NCBI GenBank assembly: GCA_039820085.1
Contig: JBCBQS010000001.1
Span: forward strand, 1-38,783
DNA from: Pseudomonadota bacterium
GTDB taxonomy: Bacteria > Pseudomonadota > Alphaproteobacteria > Caulobacterales > Hyphomonadaceae
DNA: 38,783 nucleotides
Direction of reading: 5' to 3'
In this document: piece by piece, positions 1 to 8,993 of the stretch
Layout of the letters: each line of letters begins with the position of its first letter
How positions within the stretch are numbered: position 1 is the first letter of the stretch
Translations under genes and position numbers: made by a program
Notes under the pieces: model-generated
What the model was told of the DNA's origin: nothing
Database searches by the model: none
What the model saw: the letters and a program-made list of their open reading frames with translations, nothing else

Positions 1-63
1 CCTCGGCGCTGATCTTGGTCCATAATCATCCTTCTGGTGATCCGACGCCATCGCGCGCCGAGG
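1..63. repeat. 9-bp inverted repeat (CCTCGGCGC 1-9 / GCGCCGAGG 55-63) bracketing an inverted radC segment
   Basis: Read directly. The + strand at 3-62 translates to SALILVHNHPSGDPTPSRAE. Confidence 0.9.
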
Positions 64-574
64 CAGACAGCTCAAGCGCTCTGCGTGCGATCTCTCGTGG
101 GTAAACCGGGGCGTGATCGACCGTGCCATGTCCCATGACCTCATCGGCAATCAATTGATTTTTCCGATCGAGAAACAAGACCCGAAATTGTTCTCGCGTC
201 TCGTGTTGCAATTGCTGGCGGACGTATGAGAGGAGCGCTGTCCAGCTCGAGATTATGGGCCGCGCGGCAATCTCTTCGCGGCTGGCCCGATTTCCAATAT
301 CTTGCGTGGCTTTGATATAGGCCGCAACGGTTTCGCCAATGCCCTCAACTTGGATGAGCGCCTTTGGATCGGCGGCGAGAATTGCTGAAATAGACCCAAA
401 CCGTTTGAGCAGAGCTTTCGCGATCGGTTTGACGTCTCGGCGCGGGATGAACGCAAATAGAAGGGTTTCCAGAAGCTCATAGTCTTCCAGCGCCCCCGCG
501 CCGCGTTTAATCAGTTTGCTGCGCAAACGATCTCGGTGCCCCTGCCAATGCGGTGGGGCGGGACGTTCGTTCAA
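26..574 (-). CDS. radC: RadC (JAB/MPN domain) protein, C-terminally disrupted as assembled
   Basis: GHRDRLR, YELLE, REQFRVLFLD and GTVDHAPVYPREI are RadC motifs. The ORF diverges after ALELSASA, and the HNHPSGD motif lies inverted on the + strand at 3-62. Confidence 0.93.
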   Translation of the reverse strand: MNERPAPPHWQGHRDRLRSKLIKRGAGALEDYELLETLLFAFIPRRDVKPIAKALLKRFGSISAILAADPKALIQVEGIGETVAAYIKATQDIGNRASREEIAARPIISSWTALLSYVRQQLQHETREQFRVLFLDRKNQLIADEVMGHGTVDHAPVYPREIARRALELSASARDGVGSPEG

Positions 575-1392
575 GCGTCCACCTTATGCGGGGTGTGCAG
601 ACTTTTCGGCGATGCTGTGAAGATCTCGCAGCCATCTTTGGTCACTCCGACAGAGTGTTCAAATTGCGCAGATAGCTTGCGGTCACGCGTCACCGCCGTC
701 CAGCCATCACTCAGGATCGCCGCATCTTTGCGCCCAACGTTCAACATGGGTTCAATCGTAAAGAACATGCCTTCTTCCAAAACCGGACCCGTACCGGCGC
801 GGGCGCTGTGCACAACATTCGGTTCGTCATGGAAGAGCTGTCCAAGCCCGTGCCCACAAAAGTCTTCAACGACGGAAAAGCGATTTTTTCGCGCGACCTC
901 TGATATTGCTGCTCCAATATCGCCAAATCGATTGCCAGGTTTGACCGCCTCAATCCCCGCCATCAGGGACTCATAGGTGACATCCATCAGCCGCGACGCA
1001 ATTCGCTTTGGCTCTCCGGCGGCATACATGCGCGAGTGATCACCATGCCACCCATCGACGATCACGGTCACGTCAATATTGGCAATATCGCCATCCTTAA
1101 ACGCTCGATCCCCTGGAATCCCGTGACAGATCACGTGATTAAGCGAGATACACGAGGCGTGGCGGTATCCGCGATAGCCAATCGTCGCAGATTGGGCGCC
1201 ATGATCGTAAACGAACTCTCGGATCAGATCGTCGATATATCCGGTTGTGACACCAGGCTTCACCTCGCCGACAAGCATATCCAGGCATTCAGCGACCAAA
1301 CGTCCAGCCCGCCGCATTCCCTCAAAGCCTGCTTCGTCATGAATGCGAATTTCACCCGTCCGCATTGGCATCATTAAGTCAGTTTCGGTCAT
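571..1392 (-). CDS. map: Type I methionine aminopeptidase
   Basis: CISLNHVICHGIP, DIANIDVT, GWHGDHSR, GHGLG..FHDEP, FTIEPM and SAQFEHS metal-ligand motifs. 4-bp overlap with radC. Confidence 0.97.
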   Translation of the reverse strand: MTETDLMMPMRTGEIRIHDEAGFEGMRRAGRLVAECLDMLVGEVKPGVTTGYIDDLIREFVYDHGAQSATIGYRGYRHASCISLNHVICHGIPGDRAFKDGDIANIDVTVIVDGWHGDHSRMYAAGEPKRIASRLMDVTYESLMAGIEAVKPGNRFGDIGAAISEVARKNRFSVVEDFCGHGLGQLFHDEPNVVHSARAGTGPVLEEGMFFTIEPMLNVGRKDAAILSDGWTAVTRDRKLSAQFEHSVGVTKDGCEIFTASPKSLHTPHKVDA

Positions 1393-1573
1393 TTGCAGTG
1401 TGCTTTCAGTGAAGGCGTCTTTTTCTCGGTCTCTATATGGCAGCGATCGGCTTAAACTTCCAGACTTTAAGTAATCACACGTCTGGCGGCGACTTCTGAC
1501 TGCTCAGACACGTCCGGCTTGTATCGCGTTGCGCCCGTTTTTCGCTCATCTATGCAGGAAATCGGAGATTATT

Positions 1574-1993
1574 ATGTATCGGCTCGTTTACGTCAGCACT
1601 GCACAAGATGGACTGAGTTCCAGAGAGATCGGCGACATCCTTGATGTGTCGACATCGAACAATGATGAACGTCGGATCACCGGTTTTCTTGCTCATAATG
1701 GGCGTCATTTCATGCAAGCGCTTGAAGGCGAGCGCGATGAAGTTGAAGAGATTTACAATCGCATCCTCGATGATCAGCGACACTATGGGGTTGTTCAGAT
1801 CATTGGTGAGAAAATTGACGATCGTGCCTTTCCGCAATGGGCGATGAACTATTTCCGGGTTGATAACCCAAAAGGCCACACGATGATTATCAAACGTGAT
1901 GATCCAGTAGATGGCTTGCTGCCGAAGGAAATGCCGCGTGAACTGATGCATCTCTTCACGCGATTCATGGATATCGAACCCGCACACGCGTAA
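1574..1993 (+). CDS. Stand-alone BLUF-domain blue-light sensor
   Basis: YRLVYVS, N..ITG.L, FMQALEG, DQRH and F..WAM retain the BLUF Tyr/Gln/Trp/Met residues. GGAG RBS at 1564-1567 supports ATG 1574 rather than the track start at 1529. Confidence 0.92.
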   Translation: MYRLVYVSTAQDGLSSREIGDILDVSTSNNDERRITGFLAHNGRHFMQALEGERDEVEEIYNRILDDQRHYGVVQIIGEKIDDRAFPQWAMNYFRVDNPKGHTMIIKRDDPVDGLLPKEMPRELMHLFTRFMDIEPAHA

Positions 1994-2049
1994 ACGCATT
2001 AGCAACGGCTTTCTGACAAGGTTTGCCCTCAAAACTGCGTGAGGGACCT

Positions 2050-2997
2050 ATGGATCAGGAAACACAGGCTATGATTGAACGTGTTGCGAAACTGGGTGAA
2101 GTCTCGGAGACCGAGGCCCTGCGGATCGTCAATGAGACGTATAAGGATGGCATTGTCAGCCGCGGAGAGGCAGACGCGCTGTTCCGGTTGAATGACGTCT
2201 TGAAGACCGCCGATTCTCAATGGAGCAGCCGGTTTCATGAGGCGGTTAAAGACTTTCTTCTGACCCGCGAAGCACCCGAAGGCTGGGTCACTGACGAAGA
2301 AGCTCAGTGGCTTTTGTCGAATATCCAGGTCAATGGCGACCAGCCCAGTCTCGACGAGATTGACCTCTTGCTGAGCGTCCTGCGCCACGCCGAAGGCGCG
2401 CCGCAAAAGCTTGCGCATTTCACGTTAGATGCGATCAGTGAGCGCATTATCGCGGCCGGGGTTGCAAACCTGAACATGGTCGAGCGGATGCGTTTTGCAT
2501 TGTTTGCAGGCGCTGGCGATGGCGGGCTCTGGGTCACGCAATACGAGGCCGGGATCCTGTTCAAAACCAATGACGCGATTGCCGATGCGCGGAATGCTTC
2601 AACGTGGAATGACTTATTCGCGCGCGCGGTCGGAAACCACTTAATGGCGCGCGCGCATCCTGAACCAACGACCGTTGAATCCGCTTTGTCTCGCGAAGCC
2701 TGGCTGAGTGATACGTCGGTCAATCCTGGCGGTTTGCTGGCGCGCATGGGCGCCTCATTCGGCTCTGGCAATTGGTTTGAGAATGTGACTCACAATTCTG
2801 AGAAGGCCGCACGCGCGCGCCAAGCGGCGGCAGATGCGGCGCTTCAAGAAGCAGAAGAGATTACTGAAGGCGAAGCTGACTGGCTGGCGCGACGGCTCCA
2901 ATGGGACAAAAAAATATCTCAAGCAGAGATTTGCTTGATCGAGTTTTTAAAAGCTGAAGCGCCGGGATTTGCGCAAGGTTTGGTCGCGGCAGCCTAG
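2050..2997 (+). CDS. Hypothetical alpha-helical protein with repeated (D/E)G-x-[IV]-[ST]-x2-EA-x2-L motifs (TerB-like or degenerate EF-hand-like)
   Basis: Long ORF with GAGGG RBS before ATG 2050. Internal repeats seen by eye. Function unknown. Confidence 0.75.
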   Translation: MDQETQAMIERVAKLGEVSETEALRIVNETYKDGIVSRGEADALFRLNDVLKTADSQWSSRFHEAVKDFLLTREAPEGWVTDEEAQWLLSNIQVNGDQPSLDEIDLLLSVLRHAEGAPQKLAHFTLDAISERIIAAGVANLNMVERMRFALFAGAGDGGLWVTQYEAGILFKTNDAIADARNASTWNDLFARAVGNHLMARAHPEPTTVESALSREAWLSDTSVNPGGLLARMGASFGSGNWFENVTHNSEKAARARQAAADAALQEAEEITEGEADWLARRLQWDKKISQAEICLIEFLKAEAPGFAQGLVAAA

Positions 2998-3128
2998 GAA
3001 AAAGCGCGCCACGTTCATCCGCTGTTTTCCGGCATGACTTGCTTCCCAAGCGGCAACCTCGACAAGCTGCCTCACGCATTCTAAGTCCGTCCTCGGGTGG
3101 AAGACCAAGTCGAATGCAGGGCTCATAA

Positions 3129-5126
3129 ATGTTCAACAAAATCCTGATCGCCAATCGTGGTGAAATCGCGGTTCGCGTCATCAAGACATGCCAGCGCCTT
3201 GGGATCAAAACGGTCGTTGTGTATTCGGATGCAGACGCGGGATCTATGGCCGTCGAAATGGCTGATGAGGCTGTGCATATTGGACCATCCCCGGCGGCTG
3301 AATCCTACTTGGTTATGGATAAAATCGTCGATGCGGTGCGCCAAACAGGCGCCGAGGCTGTCCATCCGGGCTTTGGCTTTTTGTCTGAGAATCCGGAATT
3401 CGCGAAGCGGCTTGAGAAAGAGAAAATCGTTTTCATCGGTCCCAACCCGCATGCGATTGAGGCGATGGGGGATAAGATTAGCTCCAAAAAGCTCGCCGCG
3501 GACGCGGGCGTGTCGACCGTTCCAGGTCATATGGGGCTGATCAATGATACCGAAGAAGCGGTGAAGATCAGCCGCGAAATCGGTTATCCGGTTATGATCA
3601 AAGCCTCAGCAGGGGGCGGGGGCAAAGGCATTCGGATCGCCTATGATGATAAGGATGCCGAAGAAGGCTATCCCGCGGTGAAAGCCGAGGCGAAAGCGTC
3701 GTTCGGCGATGATCGAATTTTCATCGAAAAGTTTATTCTCGAGCCGCGCCACGTCGAAATTCAAGTCATGGGGGATAAGCACGGCAACTGCGTCTACCTT
3801 TTTGAACGCGAATGCTCGATCCAGCGCCGCAATCAGAAAGTTCTTGAAGAGGCGCCATCTCCGCTGCTCGACGCTGCAACCCGCAAGAAAATGGGCGAGC
3901 AAGCCGTCGCGCTCGCCAAAGCGGTGAACTATGACAGCGCGGGAACAGTCGAGTTTGTGGCTTCAGGCAAGGATAAAAGCTTCTATTTCCTCGAGATGAA
4001 CACCCGCTTGCAGGTGGAACACCCGGTGACAGAAATGATCACGGGCGTTGATCTGGTCGAGCAAATGCTTCGCTCCGCTTATGGTGAGAAACTGAATCTC
4101 GATCAAAAGTCGCTGAAGATAAACGGATGGGCGATTGAAAGCCGGGTCTATGCCGAAGACCCCTATCGCAACTTCCTACCATCAATTGGCCGCTTGAAGC
4201 GCTTTTTGCCACCTGCGGAAGGAACGCTCGCAGACGGCACGGTCCGCATGGATAGCGGCGTGCGCGAAGGCGATGAGATTTCTATGTTCTACGATCCGAT
4301 GATCGCAAAGCTGGTTACTCACGGCAAAGATCGCGATCATGCCTTGGATGTGCAGGCTGAAGCGCTCGACCGGTTTCACATTGAGGGGATACAAGACAAC
4401 ATGCCGTTCTGCGCGGCTGTGATGGACGAACCCAGGTTCAGATCTGGGAACATCACAACCGCTTACATCAAAGACGAGTTCCCCGACGGCTTTCAAGGCA
4501 CCGCGCCGACGACGCAGCAGAGCACCATGCTCACCGTCGTCGCCGCTTATGTGCATGCCGTTTACACGCAGAGGGCGAGCCAAATCACTGGTCGGATGTC
4601 TCCGCTCGAAGACATTCGATCCGATTGGATCGTTATCCTTGGCGACGCTTACATTCCGGTTGAGATCAAGCTCAGCGACGGGGAAGCGTCGATCAAAATT
4701 GGCAAAAAAGCGCACACATTCGTGACCGATTGGACTCCTGGCAAACCACTTGTTGAAGGGGTCTTGGACGGGCAGCCTATCGCCGTCAAAGTTGCCGATC
4801 GCACTGAAGGGTATTTGATCCGCCATCGCGGCGTCCGTTTGACCGCGCTGGTGTGCACACCCGCTGTTGCTGACTTGCACAAGCGGTTGCCGGAAAAAGA
4901 AAAACCGGATCTGTCAAAACTCATCATCTCGCCAATGCCAGGGCTGGTTGTCTCGATTGATGTTGAGATCGGCCAAGAGGTTCAAGAAGGTGAAGCGGTA
5001 TGCATTGTCGAGGCGATGAAGATGCAGAATATCATTCGCGCCGAAGCGGATGGCACCGTCAAAGCCATCAATGTTGGCGCCGGAGATAGCGTTGCAGCTG
5101 ATGAGATTATGCTGGAATTCGAATAG
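3129..5126 (+). CDS. pccA: Biotin-dependent acyl-CoA carboxylase alpha subunit, probably propionyl-CoA carboxylase alpha
   Basis: KILIANRGEIA, HPGFGFLSEN, GGGGKG, ERECSIQRRNQK and EMNTRLQVEHPVTE, plus the C-terminal EAMKM biotin site. Substrate inferred; a separate liuD-type alpha subunit is at 18480. Confidence 0.85.
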   Translation: MFNKILIANRGEIAVRVIKTCQRLGIKTVVVYSDADAGSMAVEMADEAVHIGPSPAAESYLVMDKIVDAVRQTGAEAVHPGFGFLSENPEFAKRLEKEKIVFIGPNPHAIEAMGDKISSKKLAADAGVSTVPGHMGLINDTEEAVKISREIGYPVMIKASAGGGGKGIRIAYDDKDAEEGYPAVKAEAKASFGDDRIFIEKFILEPRHVEIQVMGDKHGNCVYLFERECSIQRRNQKVLEEAPSPLLDAATRKKMGEQAVALAKAVNYDSAGTVEFVASGKDKSFYFLEMNTRLQVEHPVTEMITGVDLVEQMLRSAYGEKLNLDQKSLKINGWAIESRVYAEDPYRNFLPSIGRLKRFLPPAEGTLADGTVRMDSGVREGDEISMFYDPMIAKLVTHGKDRDHALDVQAEALDRFHIEGIQDNMPFCAAVMDEPRFRSGNITTAYIKDEFPDGFQGTAPTTQQSTMLTVVAAYVHAVYTQRASQITGRMSPLEDIRSDWIVILGDAYIPVEIKLSDGEASIKIGKKAHTFVTDWTPGKPLVEGVLDGQPIAVKVADRTEGYLIRHRGVRLTALVCTPAVADLHKRLPEKEKPDLSKLIISPMPGLVVSIDVEIGQEVQEGEAVCIVEAMKMQNIIRAEADGTVKAINVGAGDSVAADEIMLEFE

Positions 5127-5194
5127 AATTCACCAACCTGGCATTGTTTCGCTGACGAATATCACTAGCTTTGCGGCAGATCGAGGAGTTTGCC

Positions 5195-5713
5195 ATGGTT
5201 GGTCTGCTGTTTAATCCGAACGGACGCATTGCCCGAAATCGTTTCTGGCAGGGCATGGTTGTGCTGACCGTCGCCAGCGTCTTGGTCAATGCCGGTTCGG
5301 TCATGATCGGCCTGATGTTCAGTTTGATCAGCTACGCTCTGATTTATCCCTATATCTGCGTTTACGGAAAGCGCCTGCATGATGCGGGTCTGACGGCGTG
5401 GTGGGTGATTGGCGTTTGGCTTGGCACGGTCGTGTTTAACATGATCGTCAGCATGTTTTTGACGCCATTTTTCATGGGCGAGGAAGAGGCTCGGATTGAA
5501 GAAGAAATGACAGAGCGGATGTTCTCAGGCGACTTTGCCGGTTTTGCGGAAGGCGCCGAAATCCTCGCGGCTGAGCTGCTCCCTCTGACATTGTTTATGA
5601 CTGTGCTGACAAACGTCATTGCCGCGATCGTGGTTGGGTATCTGAAAACCGAACCGCGCGAAAACAAGCATGGTCCGGTCCCAGGAACGCATACGGCAGA
5701 CACGTTCCAATAG
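5195..5713 (+). CDS. DUF805 (YhaH-like) inner-membrane protein
   Basis: F.PNGRIARNRFW, KRLHDAGLTAWW and ENKHGP motifs. GAGGAG RBS supports ATG 5195. Confidence 0.88.
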   Translation: MVGLLFNPNGRIARNRFWQGMVVLTVASVLVNAGSVMIGLMFSLISYALIYPYICVYGKRLHDAGLTAWWVIGVWLGTVVFNMIVSMFLTPFFMGEEEARIEEEMTERMFSGDFAGFAEGAEILAAELLPLTLFMTVLTNVIAAIVVGYLKTEPRENKHGPVPGTHTADTFQ

Positions 5714-5837
5714 GAAATTTTCCGCGAAACCAAACTAGAAATTCCTGGCTGTCGATAAATGTTTATCGTTTATTGATAAATCTCACGATCTGTGTATAAG
5801 CAGCCAAATCAGAGCTTTTTCAAAGGACGACATCGCC

Positions 5838-6650
5838 ATGAGCGACCCCACCGCCAACCCGCATGCGCTCGATCCGGATCGCCCCTGGATCACTCGCGAG
5901 GAAGACCTTCCCGTCCGCATGAGCTGGTTTGATACTTTCTTTAATCCGGCGGGCAACTCGTCGACACTCCACTTCACGCGCGCATGGACAGTCCTGTTCT
6001 TCGCGGGCGTCCTGACTTGGGTCGGTCTCGGTGGGATCATCATGGTCATCGGGATTGCAGGTGCCGACACGTCGAGTATGTCAGCTGCGCATAGCTATAT
6101 GGTTGCCATCGTGCTCGCGGTCTCGTGCCTCTTGTCTTATGTCATCCACACACGCCGATTGAATCATGCTGGCAAAATCTCGTTGCGGGCATTGATTGTG
6201 CTCGTGCCCTTAATCCTCGCATCAGTCGCATTTATGGGCGGTGTCTCGTCCAAAGCGGCGGAGTATGATGAGCTCTATGACGCGCGGGCTGAGTTTTTGG
6301 CGGACCCAGATGCGTGGCGTGAAGCAAGACTAGAAGAACGTCGACAGCAACAGGCCGAGGAAACCGCACGGCGCGAAGAAGCAGAGCGTGCCCGCGAAGC
6401 TGGTGAAGCACCGGCTGAAGGCAATCGAGGTGGCAATCGCGGACGCGGCGGCCCTCCCGGGGGCTGGGATGAAGGTCCAAGCGCGGAAAATCCCTTGCCT
6501 GGCAAAGAGGAATTTATTGTTCGCCCGAACCTTGGCAGCTTTAATATGATCATCGTCCTGATGAACACATTGATCATGATTTGGAGTTTGCTCTGGGTGG
6601 CCCGGGTCCCAAACTTTGGCAAAACGCCGGAAACGCAACCTTACGGATAG
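5838..6650 (+). CDS. DUF805-like membrane protein with a long charged/low-complexity insert
   Basis: FFNPAG...FTRAW and RRLNHAGK resemble DUF805 motifs. Three hydrophobic helices, then an E/R-rich helix and a G/P-rich stretch, then a fourth helix. AAGGA RBS. Confidence 0.75.
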   Translation: MSDPTANPHALDPDRPWITREEDLPVRMSWFDTFFNPAGNSSTLHFTRAWTVLFFAGVLTWVGLGGIIMVIGIAGADTSSMSAAHSYMVAIVLAVSCLLSYVIHTRRLNHAGKISLRALIVLVPLILASVAFMGGVSSKAAEYDELYDARAEFLADPDAWREARLEERRQQQAEETARREEAERAREAGEAPAEGNRGGNRGRGGPPGGWDEGPSAENPLPGKEEFIVRPNLGSFNMIIVLMNTLIMIWSLLWVARVPNFGKTPETQPYG

Positions 6651-6651
6651 G

Positions 6652-7338
6652 CTAAACCAGAGGCGATCCAGCTTGGGTCGCTGATTGGAAGACCTGCTCA
6701 AACGCTTGTCGGAGCGCATCGTCCGCATCCGCCATGTCGACCGGACGTCCGAGATCGACCAAGCTGGTCACGCCATAACGTGGGTCATCAATCCCGCAGG
6801 GCGTGATCCCGGTGAAATGGTCTAAGTCTGGTTCAACATTCAGGCTGATGCCGTGAAAGCTCACCCAACGTTTGAGCCGAATCCCAATCGCGGCAATCTT
6901 GTCTTCGCGCAGAGGCCCCCCCGGTGCTGTCCGATCGACCCAAACGCCAACCCGCCCGTCGCGGGGACCCGCATCGACATTAAAGCGTTTCAGCGCTTCG
7001 ATGATCCAGCGCTCTAGATTGGCCACAAAGCCGCGCACATCGCGGCCCCGCGCGGCGGCATCGAGCATGACATAGGCGACCCGTTGGCCGGGACCGTGAT
7101 ACGTATATTCCCCCCCGCGACCGGCATCAAAGACCGGGAATCGGTCCGGGTCTCTGAGGTCCTCGATCTTAGCGCTGGTGCCAGACGTGTAGAGCGGTGG
7201 GTGCTCAAGCAACCAGACCATTTCGCTAGCGCCGTCTTCTCGAATGGCGCGTGCATAGTCCTTCATCGCCAGATGCGCCGCCTCATAGTCGACGGGGGTT
7301 GAGCTAATGGCCCACAGGACGTTTGGTCGATCTGTCAT
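6652..7338 (-). CDS. lipB: Octanoyltransferase (lipoate biosynthesis)
   Basis: [43 protein letters not shown] and ITPCG. Start placed at ATG 7338 (track start 7371). Confidence 0.96.
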   Translation of the reverse strand: MTDRPNVLWAISSTPVDYEAAHLAMKDYARAIREDGASEMVWLLEHPPLYTSGTSAKIEDLRDPDRFPVFDAGRGGEYTYHGPGQRVAYVMLDAAARGRDVRGFVANLERWIIEALKRFNVDAGPRDGRVGVWVDRTAPGGPLREDKIAAIGIRLKRWVSFHGISLNVEPDLDHFTGITPCGIDDPRYGVTSLVDLGRPVDMADADDALRQAFEQVFQSATQAGSPLV

Positions 7339-7345
7339 TAGACTG

Positions 7346-7395
7346 CATATAGCGGAGACTTTTCGCTTCACAATCGGGACACTGCCGCGTATATG
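7346..7395. promoter_or_regulatory. Divergent sigma70-type promoters for lipB (-) and tRNA-Leu (+) with overlapping -35 elements
   Basis: + strand TTCACA(7367-72)-N17-TATATG(7390-95). - strand TTGTGA(7373-68)-N16-TATATG(7351-46). Confidence 0.55.
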
Positions 7396-7413
7396 GCGCG
7401 CTCTACCCGGCGT

Positions 7414-7498
7414 GCGGCCGTGGCGGAACTGGTAGACGCGCAGCGTTGAGGTCGCTGTGGGGCAACCCGTGGAGGTTCGAGTCCTCTCGGCCGCACCA
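7414..7498 (+). tRNA. tRNA-Leu (anticodon GAG)
   Basis: Acceptor stem GCGGCCG/CGGCCGC plus ACCA, D-loop GGAACTGGTAGAC, anticodon arm CAGCG-TTGAGGT-CGCTG, long variable arm, GGTTCGAGTCC T-loop. 85 nt. Confidence 0.98.
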
Positions 7499-7601
7499 TT
7501 TTCTCAAACATCCATCGCGCGGTCCGTATTGTTTAAAAACAAGCGGATGACAGGCTCGAAAACGGCTTGCGCCGTGGCGGCGATCAAGCCAAACAGGCGA
7601 C

Positions 7602-8975
7602 ATGACGGAGACGCCGCAATCCCCTGAAGATCGCCAAGACGATCAAGAAGAATTGGTCGCCGAATTGCGCGAAGCGATTGATGCTGGGGCGAGCAAGAAA
7701 GTGCGTGAAACGCTGGAGGCGCAGCACCCTGCCGATGCCTCTGACCTGCTGGAGCAATTGTCGAGCGAACGCTTCGAAGCCGTTGTTGACTTGCTGGGTG
7801 GGGAGTTGCCCGCCGATATTCTGATCGAGCTGCGCGAAGAGTTTCGCGAAGACGCCGTTGAAGTAATGACGGACGAGGCCGTCGTTGATGCTTTGGACGA
7901 GCTGGAAACCGATGATGCGACGGCTGTGCTTGAAGATCTCGACGAAGATCGCCGTGAGCGTATCCTAGAGGAGCTTGAGCCAGAAGATCGTGCTGTTCTC
8001 GAGGCGAGTTTTGAATTCGAAGAAGACACTGCTGGCCGGTTGATGCAGCGTGAATTCTTAGCGGCGCCGGAATTCTGGAGTGTCGGCCAGACGATTGATT
8101 TTGCGCGCGAAAATGCTGATGCTTTGCCAACAGACTTCTATGAGATTTACGTTGTTGATCCGACCAATAAACCGCTTGGATATGTCCTTCTTTCGCAATT
8201 GTTGAGGACGCATCGGGATGTGAAGCTGTCTGACATTATGGAAGCCTTCACGTCGGATATTCGCGTTGATCAGGACCAGGAAGAGGTCGCGTATCAATTC
8301 CAAAAATATGCGCTCGCGTCTGCGCCTGTGACCGACGCGGACGGTCGATTGGTCGGGATGATTACGGTCGACGACATGGTGCACGTCATCCAACAAGAAA
8401 ACACAGAAGACTTGTTAGCTTTGGCAAACGTGTCTTCGGCAGATGGGTCGGATACGGTTTGGGAATCGGTGAAAGCGCGCGCGCCGTGGCTCGGGATCAA
8501 TTTGATCACAGCCTTTATCGCGTCGGCGATCATTGCGGTCTTTGAAGGCGCCCTCGATCGCTTGGTCCAACTCGCCATCTTGATGCCTGTCGTCGCTGCC
8601 TTGGCTGGAAACGCCGGCAGCCAAGGGCTCGCTGTCGCGGTTCGCGCGATCGCCGAGCGTGAGATGGAAGGCAAGTCCAGCCGCCGCGCTGTGGTGCGCG
8701 AAACGCTGACGGGGGTTGTGAATGGGGTCATATTCGCGGTTGGCGTTGGGCTCGTTGCATTGTTCTGGTTTCATGATGTGAAGCTCTCAATCGTGCTCGG
8801 GGTCGCGATGTTTATGAGCTTTGTTTGGGCAGGTGTGTCTGGAATCTTAGTCCCGCTGACGTTGAAACGCCTAGGAGCGGACCCAGCGGTTGCATCTTCG
8901 GTCTTTGTGTTGACTCTCACCGATGTGATGGCTTTCTTTAGCTTTCTGGGGCTAGCGACCTTGTTTCTATTGTAG
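7602..8975 (+). CDS. mgtE: Magnesium transporter MgtE
   Basis: Acidic N-domain (HPAD), a CBS pair (TAGRLMQ, LVGMITVDD), and TM motifs RAPWL, AGNAGSQ and ADPAVASSVFVLTLTDV. Confidence 0.96.
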   Translation: MTETPQSPEDRQDDQEELVAELREAIDAGASKKVRETLEAQHPADASDLLEQLSSERFEAVVDLLGGELPADILIELREEFREDAVEVMTDEAVVDALDELETDDATAVLEDLDEDRRERILEELEPEDRAVLEASFEFEEDTAGRLMQREFLAAPEFWSVGQTIDFARENADALPTDFYEIYVVDPTNKPLGYVLLSQLLRTHRDVKLSDIMEAFTSDIRVDQDQEEVAYQFQKYALASAPVTDADGRLVGMITVDDMVHVIQQENTEDLLALANVSSADGSDTVWESVKARAPWLGINLITAFIASAIIAVFEGALDRLVQLAILMPVVAALAGNAGSQGLAVAVRAIAEREMEGKSSRRAVVRETLTGVVNGVIFAVGVGLVALFWFHDVKLSIVLGVAMFMSFVWAGVSGILVPLTLKRLGADPAVASSVFVLTLTDVMAFFSFLGLATLFLL

Positions 8976-8993
8976 ATTCAAGGGTTTTTGGGG

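Noticed and set aside
1452-1470. Two TTAA as a CtrA box upstream of BLUF/map
   Set aside because: Spacing is N11 rather than N7.
4182-4880. Long antisense or alternative-frame ORFs (also 7504-8130, 18935-19573, 25073-25917, 31545-32270, 32448-33185)
   Set aside because: Shadows of well-supported genes, expected from GC-rich codon bias, with no motifs.
7414-7601. tRNA-Leu as an occupied integration site
   Set aside because: mgtE follows directly. No integrase, and no duplicated tRNA 3' end was noticed in the window.
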